Shown in pieces: positions 1-8,825 of a DNA stretch of 64,000 bases (its first letter is position 1; the number at the start of each line of letters is the position of its first letter). Position numbers and translations under genes: made by a program. The stretch comes from Chitinophagaceae bacterium. Lineage in GTDB: Bacteria; Bacteroidota; Bacteroidia; Chitinophagales; Chitinophagaceae. Below the pieces are notes generated by a model, which ran no database searches, was not told the DNA's origin, and saw only the letters and a program-made list of their open reading frames with translations. The stretch spans positions 1,800,803 through 1,864,802 of the forward strand of contig JASGHP010000001.1 of assembly GCA_047602295.1 (NCBI GenBank). The letters are read 5' to 3'.

Positions 1-32
1 AAGAGTTTTGTTGAAGAAATGGAGTTGAAATC

Positions 33-67
33 AGTCTTTAGTCGTAAGTCAATAGTCATTAGTAGTT
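33..67 (+). repeat. Degenerate 7-nt periodic array AGTCnnn x5 (agtcttt agtcgta agtcaat agtcatt agtagtt)
   Basis: Read directly. The core agtcaatagtc (47-57) is the exact reverse complement of 185-195. Confidence 0.7.
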
Positions 68-170
68 TTATTACAAGTGCTTGATTATTTCAGTCTCTCT
101 GTTTTTTAGGCAATCGAAAATTATTTTCATATTAAATCGATTACTGTTTAAATACAATTTTGTCTGAAAA

Positions 171-198
171 GACTAATGACTCAGGACTATTGACTAAA
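171..198 (-). repeat. Degenerate 7-nt periodic array; on the minus strand it reads TAGTCaa TAGTCct gAGTCat TAGTCtt, starting at the MATE gene stop codon
   Basis: Plus strand reads gactaat gactcag gactatt gactaaa. The stop TAG of the 194..1552 gene lies inside the first minus-strand unit. Confidence 0.7.
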
Positions 199-1552
199 TA
201 ACTTTCCCCTTCCACTTTCCGCTTCTTAAATATATAAATGACATGGTGAACATGGCGCCCCAGTAGAGCCATTCACTTGTCCAGCCAATGGCTACGGAAA
301 GATTTAATTTTTCCAGCACCAGCCATACAAAAATGCAATACAGGATGATGGTGATAAGTTCAATAAAGAAACTTACCCTGGTGTTGCCGGTTCCTGTAAC
401 TGCGTTTATGCATACGGTTGAGAAAGACATCATCACCAATGCAGAAGAAACTACCTGCATTACCGGTATGGCATGTTCTATCCAGTCTTGTTGCTGACCA
501 TACACGGAAAGAAAAAGCCTTGGAAATAAATTAAGCAGCAAACAAATCACCAATGCAATACCGGTACTTATTTTTACAATCTTCCAGATAAGTTCCAAGA
601 CACGGTGCTGCAATCCCTGTCCAATAATATTGCTTACCATGCTGCTGCAGGTGGCAGCCAATGCCCAGGAGAACATGCCAAACAGGCCAAAAATATTGCG
701 CATGGCATTGCTGATGGAAAGATCCCTTTCGCCGTGGTGTTCTATAAGAATATAAAAGAATTCCCAGCTAATAATGCTGATAGCACTTTGAAAAATAAGC
801 GGCGATGATTGTCTCAATATAGAATTAGCAATAGTTGGCTCATACTTAAAACTGCTGAATAAAGAAAATCTTTTGCCGATTCCTTTGTAATGAATCACTG
901 CAAAAACTACCGCCATACCAAAGAATTCTGCAATAATGGAAGCAATGGCAGCACCATTAAAACCAAGCGATGGAAATCCAAAATGACCAAAGATTAAACT
1001 GTAATCAAAAAAAACATTTGATATAGCTTCTGCAAGTGTACCAAGCACCAGGTATTGACTTTGATTAGTGCCTACCAGCAAAGCATTGCGCATTTGGTAC
1101 ACATACAAAAACGGCAAACCCCATATGCGGATTTTCAAAAACGAAACCGACTGTTGCAGCAGTTTAGGATCATGGATACTGAACCTGAGCACCCACGGAG
1201 AAACGATATAAGTAAGCAGTACGCCTACTACTGCAATGGCCATAGATATACCCACGCCATGAATGAAAAGCTTGCCAATTTCTTCCGGCCTGTTTTCGCC
1301 TGCACGACGGGCAATAAGCGCTTGCAGGCCATTGTTTAAACCAAAGCCAATGGCGGCAAAAATTAGATAGTACACCCCTGTAATGGCAGCAGCGGCCAGC
1401 GATTGCTCACTTAATTGCCCCAGGAAAATATTGTTGATGATATAGTTTAGCTGGGGCACCAGCATGGCAAGGCTGATGGGCAATGCAATCGATAATATTT
1501 GCCGATAGCTGATATTTACCTTCAGGTTATTGTATGTGGCGTTTGTTTCCAT
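194..1552 (-). CDS. MATE family efflux transporter
   Basis: 452 aa, about 12 predicted TM helices, typical MATE N-terminus (ILSIALPISLAMLVPQLNYIINNIFLGQL) and duplicated 6-TM halves. Confidence 0.8.
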   Translation of the reverse strand: METNATYNNLKVNISYRQILSIALPISLAMLVPQLNYIINNIFLGQLSEQSLAAAAITGVYYLIFAAIGFGLNNGLQALIARRAGENRPEEIGKLFIHGVGISMAIAVVGVLLTYIVSPWVLRFSIHDPKLLQQSVSFLKIRIWGLPFLYVYQMRNALLVGTNQSQYLVLGTLAEAISNVFFDYSLIFGHFGFPSLGFNGAAIASIIAEFFGMAVVFAVIHYKGIGKRFSLFSSFKYEPTIANSILRQSSPLIFQSAISIISWEFFYILIEHHGERDLSISNAMRNIFGLFGMFSWALAATCSSMVSNIIGQGLQHRVLELIWKIVKISTGIALVICLLLNLFPRLFLSVYGQQQDWIEHAIPVMQVVSSALVMMSFSTVCINAVTGTGNTRVSFFIELITIILYCIFVWLVLEKLNLSVAIGWTSEWLYWGAMFTMSFIYLRSGKWKGKVI

Positions 1553-1645
1553 GAAAAAATGGCTGCAAACCTACCAAATATTATTTTGAAAGCATGAGAT
1601 GCCGGCATTATCACTGGGTAAAATATAGTATTTTGCGACCCTTAT

Positions 1646-2488
1646 ATGGCAAAGATATTATTCGATATTCCTGTAGTGCAGGCCCCTGCTGAGTGGCCGG
1701 ATTGCCATCTGGTGATGGAACTAAGTAGGCATATTTTTTCTTACGCAGTAGTGAATGAAGAAAAACAATTGCTGCAATTGCGGTTTTATGAATTGAATGG
1801 TCGCACCAATCATGATGTGGCTGATGAACTGGATAAAATATTTGCAACAGACGAAATATTGTACAACGTAAAAGGCAAACGTACCCTGGTATATAATTTT
1901 CCTGAAAGTCATTTGGTGCCTGAAAAATATTTTGACGGCAATACCGGAAGCGATATGATTGAGTTGCTGCATGGCGACTTGAATAAAGGCATTACATTAA
2001 CTGAGAAAACTAAATCGCCTGCACTGTATAATGTTTTCAGAATACCGACCGAAGTGCATGAATCCATAAAACGCAATTTTGCCAATGGTGAATATTGGCA
2101 TTATTACAGTTTGTGGACGCAATGCTGGCAAAAAGAAGAAGCGCTTGATGCACAGTTGTCGGTTATGTTTTATCCAAACCGCATATTGGTAGGTGCTATA
2201 AAAAATAAAGAATTGAATTTGTTGCAGAGTTATGAATATGAAGCAGCAGAAGACGTAGGTTATTATTTACTGAACATTTGCGACTTGCTGCAATTGCCAC
2301 CAGCCACTACTGCTTTGTATTTATCAGGTATGATTGATGTGTCTTCTGTGTTGTATACAGAGATATTCAAATACTTTGGCAATATAACAATGGATGCAAC
2401 CAGTTTTAAAAATGCAGAACTGGCATTGCAGGATTATCCATCTCATTATTTCACACCTTTGCTGAAACTTGCGTTATGCGTATCATAG
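1646..2488 (+). CDS. DUF3822-like protein (uncharacterised Bacteroidota family usually found upstream of rsmD)
   Basis: 280 aa soluble ORF that overlaps the rsmD start by 13 nt. The family assignment comes from size and synteny recall only. Confidence 0.45.
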   Translation: MAKILFDIPVVQAPAEWPDCHLVMELSRHIFSYAVVNEEKQLLQLRFYELNGRTNHDVADELDKIFATDEILYNVKGKRTLVYNFPESHLVPEKYFDGNTGSDMIELLHGDLNKGITLTEKTKSPALYNVFRIPTEVHESIKRNFANGEYWHYYSLWTQCWQKEEALDAQLSVMFYPNRILVGAIKNKELNLLQSYEYEAAEDVGYYLLNICDLLQLPPATTALYLSGMIDVSSVLYTEIFKYFGNITMDATSFKNAELALQDYPSHYFTPLLKLALCVS

Positions 2489-3021
2489 GAGGCAGTCTTG
2501 GTGGCAGAAGAGTAAATCCGCCAGCCAATATGCCGCATACAAGGCCAACAACAGATATTGCCAAAGAAGGGTTATTTAATATTTTGCAAAACAACCTGGA
2601 AATGGATGGCCTTAAAACATTGGATCTGTTTGGCGGCACTGGAAGTATCAGTTATGAATTAGCGTCAAGAGGCGCAGCAGATCTTACTATAGTAGAGAAA
2701 GATGATAAGATGCATGCTTTCATTAGCAACAACATAAAAGCATTGCAAATAGAAAATTGCAAAGTAATAAAGACAGACGTATTTAAGTTTATTGGCCAAT
2801 GCACAGAACAGTTTGATTTTATTTTTGCGGGCCCTCCTTACGCACTTACAACAATAGATAAACTACCTGAATTAATTGCAGAGAAAAAATTATTAAAACC
2901 CGGAGCATGGTTTGTGCTGGAGCATACACCAAGAAATAATTACGAAAAGTTTGCACTGTATAAAACTTCCCGTAATTATGGCACAACTATCTTTTCTATT
3001 TTTATAGAACCGAAGGAATAG
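2476..3021 (+). CDS. rsmD: 16S rRNA (guanine966-N2)-methyltransferase RsmD
   Basis: MRIIGGSLGGRR start, RPTTDIAKEGLFNIL, SAM motif DLFGGTGSISYELASRGA, and FAGPPY (DPPY-like) motif. Confidence 0.9.
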   Translation: MRIIGGSLGGRRVNPPANMPHTRPTTDIAKEGLFNILQNNLEMDGLKTLDLFGGTGSISYELASRGAADLTIVEKDDKMHAFISNNIKALQIENCKVIKTDVFKFIGQCTEQFDFIFAGPPYALTTIDKLPELIAEKKLLKPGAWFVLEHTPRNNYEKFALYKTSRNYGTTIFSIFIEPKE

Positions 3022-3085
3022 CTGCAAGTGGCTAGCTTCAAGCGTAAGTCTTAAGCTGTTAGCCATTAGCTGCAAGCTGCAAGCC
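3019..3085 (+). repeat. 7-nt periodic array starting at the rsmD stop codon (TAGCTGC AAGTGGC TAGCTTC AAGCGTA AGTCTTA AGCTGTT AGCCAT TAGCTGC AAGCTGC AAGCC)
   Basis: Read directly. It forms the left arm of an imperfect inverted repeat with 3127-3154 (about 20/28 complementary). Confidence 0.7.
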
Positions 3086-3126
3086 TTTATATTTGTAATG
3101 GAACTGAAATATCTAACTAGTCCGCT

Positions 3127-3154
3127 CAAGCTAGTAGCTAATAGCTTGTAGCTT
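3127..3154 (+). repeat. 7-nt periodic array nnAGCTn x4 (caagcta gtagcta atagctt gtagctt); right arm of the inverted repeat
   Basis: Its reverse complement aagctacaagctattagctactagcttg aligns with 3053-3080. Confidence 0.6.
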
Positions 3155-3195
3155 GACCAAAGCATGCAACACGACAAAAAGTAAGAACACAACAC

Positions 3196-3843
3196 ATGAA
3201 CAATCCCATCTTCATAACAGGTATCGGTACAGGTGTAGGAAAAACAGTAGTGTCTGCTATTGTAACCCGTGCCCTTGGTGCAGATTATTGGAAGCCGGTA
3301 CAGGCAGGTTTTGAAGATGGAACGGACAGCGGCTTTGTTAGAAATGTATTGGGTAAAGAATCTGAAGTATTTCCTGAATTGTATACATTGAAATTGCCTG
3401 CATCTCCGCATATTGCTGCAAGGGAAGAAAATATAAGCATTAGCATAGAAGCAATTAAGCAGCGGATGAATGAAATAAATGAACGGCAAAAACCGGGAAG
3501 ACAATTGGTGATTGAAGGGGCAGGTGGTTTGCTGGTTCCATTGAATGATCATGCATTTGTTGCAGACTTGATAAAACAGTTGCAGGCAAAAGTTATTTTA
3601 GTAAGTCGCAATTACCTGGGCAGCATCAATCATTCTTTGCTTACGGCAGAAGTGTGCCGCAGTTATAAGCTGGATGTATTGGGCTGGATTTTTAATGATC
3701 AATACATGGCGTATGAAGATGAAATAGCCAATTGGTCTGGCTTTCCTAAAATAGGTGCGGTTCCTCTTGCTGAGAAGCCAGACAAAAATTTTGTAGAACA
3801 GCAAGCATTGCTAATAACGCCGTCTTTGAAAAAAATTGTATGA
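3196..3843 (+). CDS. bioD: ATP-dependent dethiobiotin synthetase BioD
   Basis: FITGIGTGVGKTVVS P-loop, YWKPVQAG, EGAGGLLVP; 215 aa. Confidence 0.85.
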   Translation: MNNPIFITGIGTGVGKTVVSAIVTRALGADYWKPVQAGFEDGTDSGFVRNVLGKESEVFPELYTLKLPASPHIAAREENISISIEAIKQRMNEINERQKPGRQLVIEGAGGLLVPLNDHAFVADLIKQLQAKVILVSRNYLGSINHSLLTAEVCRSYKLDVLGWIFNDQYMAYEDEIANWSGFPKIGAVPLAEKPDKNFVEQQALLITPSLKKIV

Positions 3844-4412
3844 CCAAAAAAGAATTGCGTACTATATACAAACAAAAAAGAACAGCACTTTCTGAAAAGG
3901 AAAGAGTACGCTTAAATGATTTGTTGTTGATACAATTTCAGCAGGTAGAAATTCCTTACGATGTAAATGTATTGCTTAGTTACTGGCCTTTGGAGCAACA
4001 GGCAGAAATCAATACTTTTCTAATGACCGATTACCTGCAGTTCAGGATGCCCGAACTGCAAATAGCATATCCAATAGCAAATTTTGAAGACAATACCATG
4101 AAGGCGGTATTGGTGAATGATGATACAGATTTTACATTAAACAGCTATGGTATTGCAGAACCAACAAACGGTCAGGATATTGCTGCATCTGATATAGATT
4201 TGATATTAGTGCCATTGCTTGCCTTTGATACAAATGGTTACCGGCTTGGCTATGGCAAGGGCTTCTACGACCGTTTTTTGTCGGAATGCAGAGAAGAAAG
4301 CATGAAAGTTGGCCTGTCTTATTTTGAACCTATTGAGCCTATTGAGGACATCAACCAATTTGATGTACCTTTAACAACAGGCATTACTCCTGGGTATATT
4401 TATGAATTTTAA
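3840..4412 (+). CDS. 5-formyltetrahydrofolate cyclo-ligase
   Basis: 190 aa, C-terminal GYRLGYGKGFYDRFL motif, ATGA overlap with the bioD stop. Confidence 0.85.
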   Translation: MTKKELRTIYKQKRTALSEKERVRLNDLLLIQFQQVEIPYDVNVLLSYWPLEQQAEINTFLMTDYLQFRMPELQIAYPIANFEDNTMKAVLVNDDTDFTLNSYGIAEPTNGQDIAASDIDLILVPLLAFDTNGYRLGYGKGFYDRFLSECREESMKVGLSYFEPIEPIEDINQFDVPLTTGITPGYIYEF

Positions 4413-5472
4413 CTTTCCGTTGCTAAAGACCATACGAATATTATTGTTTCCTATCTCGCTGGTTTATTTTGCAATCATCTATTTAAGAAACAGGATGTAT
4501 GACAAAGGTTTTTTAAAATCAACCAGTTTTAATCTGCCATTGATTTGTGTAGGAAATATTGCTGCAGGCGGCACGGGCAAATCTCCCATGACAGAATACC
4601 TGGTAAAGGAATTAAAAACGCATTTTAAAATTGCTACGCTCAGCCGTGGCTATAAAAGAAAAACCAGCGGTTATGCACTGGCCAATGAAAATAGTACCGC
4701 ATTGGAAATCGGTGATGAGCCCATGCAGTTTCACCTGAAATTTCCGGATGTTCCCATTGCTGTAGGTGAAGAACGATTGTATGCTATACCGCAATTGCTG
4801 CACGACAGGCCGGAAACACAAGCTATTGTATTGGATGATGCTTTTCAACACCGTGCTGTAAATGCAGGCTTAAATATTGTATTAACCGATTGCAGTAACC
4901 TGTATACAAGAGATTGGTACCTGCCCACCGGAGATTTGCGTGATGAAAAGAAAAGTGCTGAACGTGCAAACATTATCATTGTAACAAAATGCAAGCCCGG
5001 TTTAACAACAGAAGAAAGAGATGCCATTATAAATGAACTGGCGCCTTTGCCAAAGCAGCCGGTGTTTTTTACTGCTATCCGTTATGGAATGCCGTATCAT
5101 ATTGTTTCAAAAGCAACGGCAAAAGTAACTGCTGAAGTAGAAGTATTATTAGTAACGGGTATTGCTAATCCACGTCCATTAAAGAATTTGTTACAGGAAA
5201 GATCGAAAACATATTACCAGATGGCTTACAATGATCATCATATTTTTACCATTGACGATCTGAAAGACATAAAAAAACGTTTTGATGCTATTGCTGCTTC
5301 CAATAAAATTATTCTTACAACAGAGAAAGATGCCGTAAGATTGGTGAAATTTGAAAATGAGCTGGCCAATATGCCGCTGTATGTTGTGCCAATAGAGTTG
5401 GAGTTTTTATTTAACGATGCGCAAAAGTTTAATGGGCTGGTAAATGGATTTATAAAAGAATTTAAGAAATAG
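4402..5472 (+). CDS. lpxK: Tetraacyldisaccharide 4'-kinase LpxK
   Basis: N-terminal TM helix, VGNIAAGGTGKSPMTEYL P-loop, DDAFQH motif; 356 aa. Confidence 0.9.
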   Translation: MNFNFPLLKTIRILLFPISLVYFAIIYLRNRMYDKGFLKSTSFNLPLICVGNIAAGGTGKSPMTEYLVKELKTHFKIATLSRGYKRKTSGYALANENSTALEIGDEPMQFHLKFPDVPIAVGEERLYAIPQLLHDRPETQAIVLDDAFQHRAVNAGLNIVLTDCSNLYTRDWYLPTGDLRDEKKSAERANIIIVTKCKPGLTTEERDAIINELAPLPKQPVFFTAIRYGMPYHIVSKATAKVTAEVEVLLVTGIANPRPLKNLLQERSKTYYQMAYNDHHIFTIDDLKDIKKRFDAIAASNKIILTTEKDAVRLVKFENELANMPLYVVPIELEFLFNDAQKFNGLVNGFIKEFKK

Positions 5473-5582
5473 GAGAAAATGTGAAAATGTGGCAAATGAA
5501 GAAGATAAAAATTAAAAATTGGATATTGGAAGCATGTTATAGAATCATGTTAATCCTTTAATCCTAAAAATCATAGTCAACT

Positions 5583-7593
5583 ATGGCTAAAAAAACAGAT
5601 AAAAAGAAAAAACAGCGTACATCGTTTGAGACTTTGTACAAAGGAAGAATGGACGTAACACGTTCGGGAATGGGATATGTAATTGTGGATAAGCTGGACA
5701 GTGATATTATTGTTCGCCCCAATGGTTTTAATACAGCTTTGCATGGCGATACCGTTAGGGTGCGCATTACAGGTGATCAAAATAAAAATGGTCGCAAGCA
5801 GGGTGAAGTCGTAGAAGTAGTAGAACGTAAACAAACAGAGTTTTTGGGCAGGATAGAGCTGAGCCAGAACTTTGCTTTTTTTGTAGCAGAGACGGATAAA
5901 CCGATGCCCGATATTTATATTCCGCTGGATAAATTGAATGGCGCCAAAAATGGCGATAAAGTAGTTGTAAAACTATTGAGCTGGGAAAAGAATAAAAAAC
6001 CCAACGGCGCTGTGCTGGATATAATGGATGCCGGCAATGTGAATGATTTGGCGATGAAGGAAATTATTTTAGAGAATGGTTTCCCGATAAGTTTTACTGA
6101 AGACGTACTGGAAGCATCAGAACGTTTGCCGGAAACTTTGCCTGAAGCAGAAATAAAAAAGCGGAAAGATATTCGCGGTATATTGACATTTACGATAGAA
6201 TCCCGCAGATGCAAAAGATTTTGATGATGCTATTTCATTCAGAGTGCTGAAAGACGGCAATTACGAAATTGGTGTACACATTGCAGATGTGAGTTATTAT
6301 GTAGAGCCGGAAACGGAATTGGATAAATCTGCTTATGAACGAGCTACGTCTGTGTATCTGCCAGATCGTGTAAATCCTATGCTGCCAGAGCGTATCTCTA
6401 ACGAGTTATGTTCTTTACGGCCTAATGAAGATAAATTTACTTTCTCCGCAATTTTTGAAATAACTCCCAAAGGCGATATCAAAGATTATTGGCTGGGCAA
6501 AACAGTGATTCACTCAGACAAACGTTTTGCTTATGAAGATGTTCAACAGATTATTGAAAGCGGTGAAGGTGAATTAAAAGACGAAGTGCTGATTTTAAAC
6601 AGTCTTGCTCAACGTTTTCGCAAACAGCGTTTCAAGAAAGGTGCTATTAATTTCTCCAGCCAGGAAGTAAGGTTTAAGCTGGATGAAACAGGCAAGCCAA
6701 TAGGCATAGTAGTAAAAGAAAGCAAAGAATCGCACCAGTTGATTGAAGAGTTTATGCTGCTGGCAAATCGTTATGTGGCAGAGCATGTTGCTAAAATTAA
6801 AGTAAACAAAAAGCCAATTCCATTTCCTTATCGCATTCACGCTACACCAGACGAAGAAAAGCTATTGCCCTTTGTAGAATTTGCAAAGAAATATGGGTAT
6901 AAGTTCGATACAAAAACACCCGAAGGCATTGCGGCTTCATTTAACCAGATGTTGCAGGAAATAGAAGGCAAGCCAGAGCAGCATGTGTTGCAACAGTTGG
7001 GCATACGCACCATGGCAAAAGCAATTTACACTTCGGAAAACATTGGTCACTACGGTTTGGGATTTGCGGACTACACGCATTTTACTTCGCCGATTCGCCG
7101 TTACCCCGATGTAATGGTGCACCGTATTCTTGAGCAGGTATTAAACAACGAGCTGCCTATCGATAAAAAGATGGAACAAAAATGCCGTCATTGCAGTGAG
7201 AGAGAGCGTGCCGCTATGGAAGCTGAACGTGCAGCCAATAAATACAAACAGGTAGAGTTTATGCAAGACAAGCTGGGAGAAGAATTTGACGCTGTAATAA
7301 GCGGTGTTTCTTCTTTTGGTTTTTGGGCAGAGACAGTAGAGCATAAATGTGAAGGCCTGGTTAGCATTAATGGCTTGTTTGATTATGATGATTTTCGCTA
7401 TGTAGAAAGTGATTACTGCCTCGTGGGAAGAAGAAGCGGACGAACATTCAGAATGGGCGATAAGGTGAAAATAAGATTAGTATCCGCCAATCTTGCTAAA
7501 CGGCAATTGGATTATGAATGGGTGGCAAATACAGGAGTTGCTGCTACGGAAGAAAACAAAGAAAAAGTAAAAACTAAGAAGAAGAAAAGTTAA
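5583..7593 (+). pseudogene. rnr: Ribonuclease R (RNB family 3'-5' exoribonuclease) split into two ORFs (5583..6224, 6244..7593) by one extra base near 6199/6200
   Basis: N-terminal OB/CSD part, then RNB motifs (HIADVSYYV, YLPDRVNPMLP, HYGLGF..YTHFTSPIRRYPD) and a C-terminal S1 domain with a Lys-rich tail. The expected FTIDPADAKDFDDAISF is readable only after shifting frame at acgataga[a]tcccgcagat. Confidence 0.85.
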
Positions 7594-7699
7594 AATAAAA
7601 ATTGCTGATTTTTTGATGTAGGGATATTGCGATTTCTTTTGCTCAACATGCTGAATAAATCTCAAAATCATACAATCTCAAAATCCCGAAATATCTTTT

Positions 7700-8665
7700 A
7701 TGCAATCATTCGAAACGCTTTCTGCAATATTCAAGGAAAAGTTTGAAGTGCCGCATTTTCCTAAAGAGCCGGCCACTTTGTATGATCCTAATAATTATTT
7801 TTTAACGATAGGAGGGAAAAGAGTAAGGCCGGTAATGTGTTTAATGGGCAATGAATTGTTTGGAGAGATTATACCAGACTGCTACCAGGTGGCCACTGCT
7901 ATAGAATTGTTTCACAACTTTACTTTGATACACGATGATATTATGGACAAAGCGCCATTGCGTCGGGGTATGCAAACTGTACATGAGAAATATGATGCGT
8001 CAACGGCTTTGCTTGCAGGAGATGTAATGCTGGTTCGTGCTTACGATTACCTGAACCAGATAAGTACGCACTATATTCACCAGATACTTCACTTGTTTAA
8101 TAAAACAGCTACTGAAGTATGTGAAGGCCAGCAACTGGATATGGATTTTGAGAAAAAGGAAACAGTCAGCATGGAAGAATATCTGAAAATGATTGAGCTG
8201 AAAACATCTGTTTCACTGGCAGCTAGTTTGCAGTCTGGTGCTATATTGGGTGGTGCAGGAGAGGGCAATCAAAAACATTTGTATGAGTTTGGTCGCAACC
8301 TGGGCATAGCCTTCCAGGTGCAGGATGATTACCTGGATGCATTTGGTGATCCGGAAAAGTTTGGAAAGAAAGTAGGTGGAGATATACTGGCCAATAAGAA
8401 AACTTTTCTGATGATTCGTGCATTAGACACTGCGCAGCCTGCTCAAAAAAATACCTTGTTGCAGTTGATGAAGGAAAATCCTTCTGATAAAGTAGCACGA
8501 GTATTGGAAATATTCAAAGCCTGTGGTGTAGATAAATGGGCGGTCGATTTAAAAGATAAGTATACCAATATTGCTTTTCAACATTTAGAAGATATAGCGG
8601 TGGTGAATAGACGAAAAGAACCGTTAAGGCAACTGGCGGAATTTTTAGTGAAGCGAGATTATTAA
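7700..8665 (+). CDS. Polyprenyl diphosphate synthase (trans-isoprenyl diphosphate synthase family)
   Basis: Two Asp-rich motifs, LIHDDIMD and QVQDDYLDAFGD; GKRVRP; 321 aa. Confidence 0.85.
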   Translation: MQSFETLSAIFKEKFEVPHFPKEPATLYDPNNYFLTIGGKRVRPVMCLMGNELFGEIIPDCYQVATAIELFHNFTLIHDDIMDKAPLRRGMQTVHEKYDASTALLAGDVMLVRAYDYLNQISTHYIHQILHLFNKTATEVCEGQQLDMDFEKKETVSMEEYLKMIELKTSVSLAASLQSGAILGGAGEGNQKHLYEFGRNLGIAFQVQDDYLDAFGDPEKFGKKVGGDILANKKTFLMIRALDTAQPAQKNTLLQLMKENPSDKVARVLEIFKACGVDKWAVDLKDKYTNIAFQHLEDIAVVNRRKEPLRQLAEFLVKRDY

Positions 8666-8698
8666 GTTGTAAGTAGTAAGTTATAAAGTGGTAAGTCC
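8663..8698 (+). repeat. TAAGTnn periodic array x5 starting at the stop codon of the polyprenyl synthase gene
   Basis: taagttg taagtag taagtta taaagtgg taagtcc. TAA occurs at 8663, 8670, 8677, 8684 and 8692, which covers all three frames. Confidence 0.8.
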
Positions 8699-8754
8699 TT
8701 TTGAGGCGAACAAGTATTGTGATTGAAATACATGTAGCATAAGCGAAGCAAAAG

Positions 8755-8825
8755 AACTTAAAACTTATCACTTAAAACCTAAAACTTGTAAAACCTACAA
8801 CTTAAAACTTATAACTTATAACTTA
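8755..8825 (-). repeat. TAAGTnn periodic array (about 10 units) starting at the stop codon of the 8823..9485 gene, read on the minus strand
   Basis: Minus strand reads TAAGTTA TAAGTTA TAAGTTT TAAGTTG TAGGTTT ... TAAGTGA TAAGTTT. It is complementary in type to the 8663-8698 array across a convergent gene pair. Confidence 0.8.

Noticed and set aside
3022-3195. 6S RNA candidate (long imperfect hairpin near a 5-formyl-THF cyclo-ligase gene, as in the ssrS-ygfA synteny of proteobacteria)
   Set aside because: bioD lies between the spacer and the cyclo-ligase gene. I could not identify a central-bubble architecture. The same heptad-array architecture recurs at unrelated loci, so 6S is unlikely. Only a covariance-model search could settle it.
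8663-8825. CRISPR array or classical tandem repeat (VNTR) as an explanation for the periodic intergenic arrays
   Set aside because: The period is only 7-8 nt, the units are degenerate, there are no spacers, and no cas genes are present. The arrays are too short and imperfect for a VNTR call, so I kept them as a separate class of observation.
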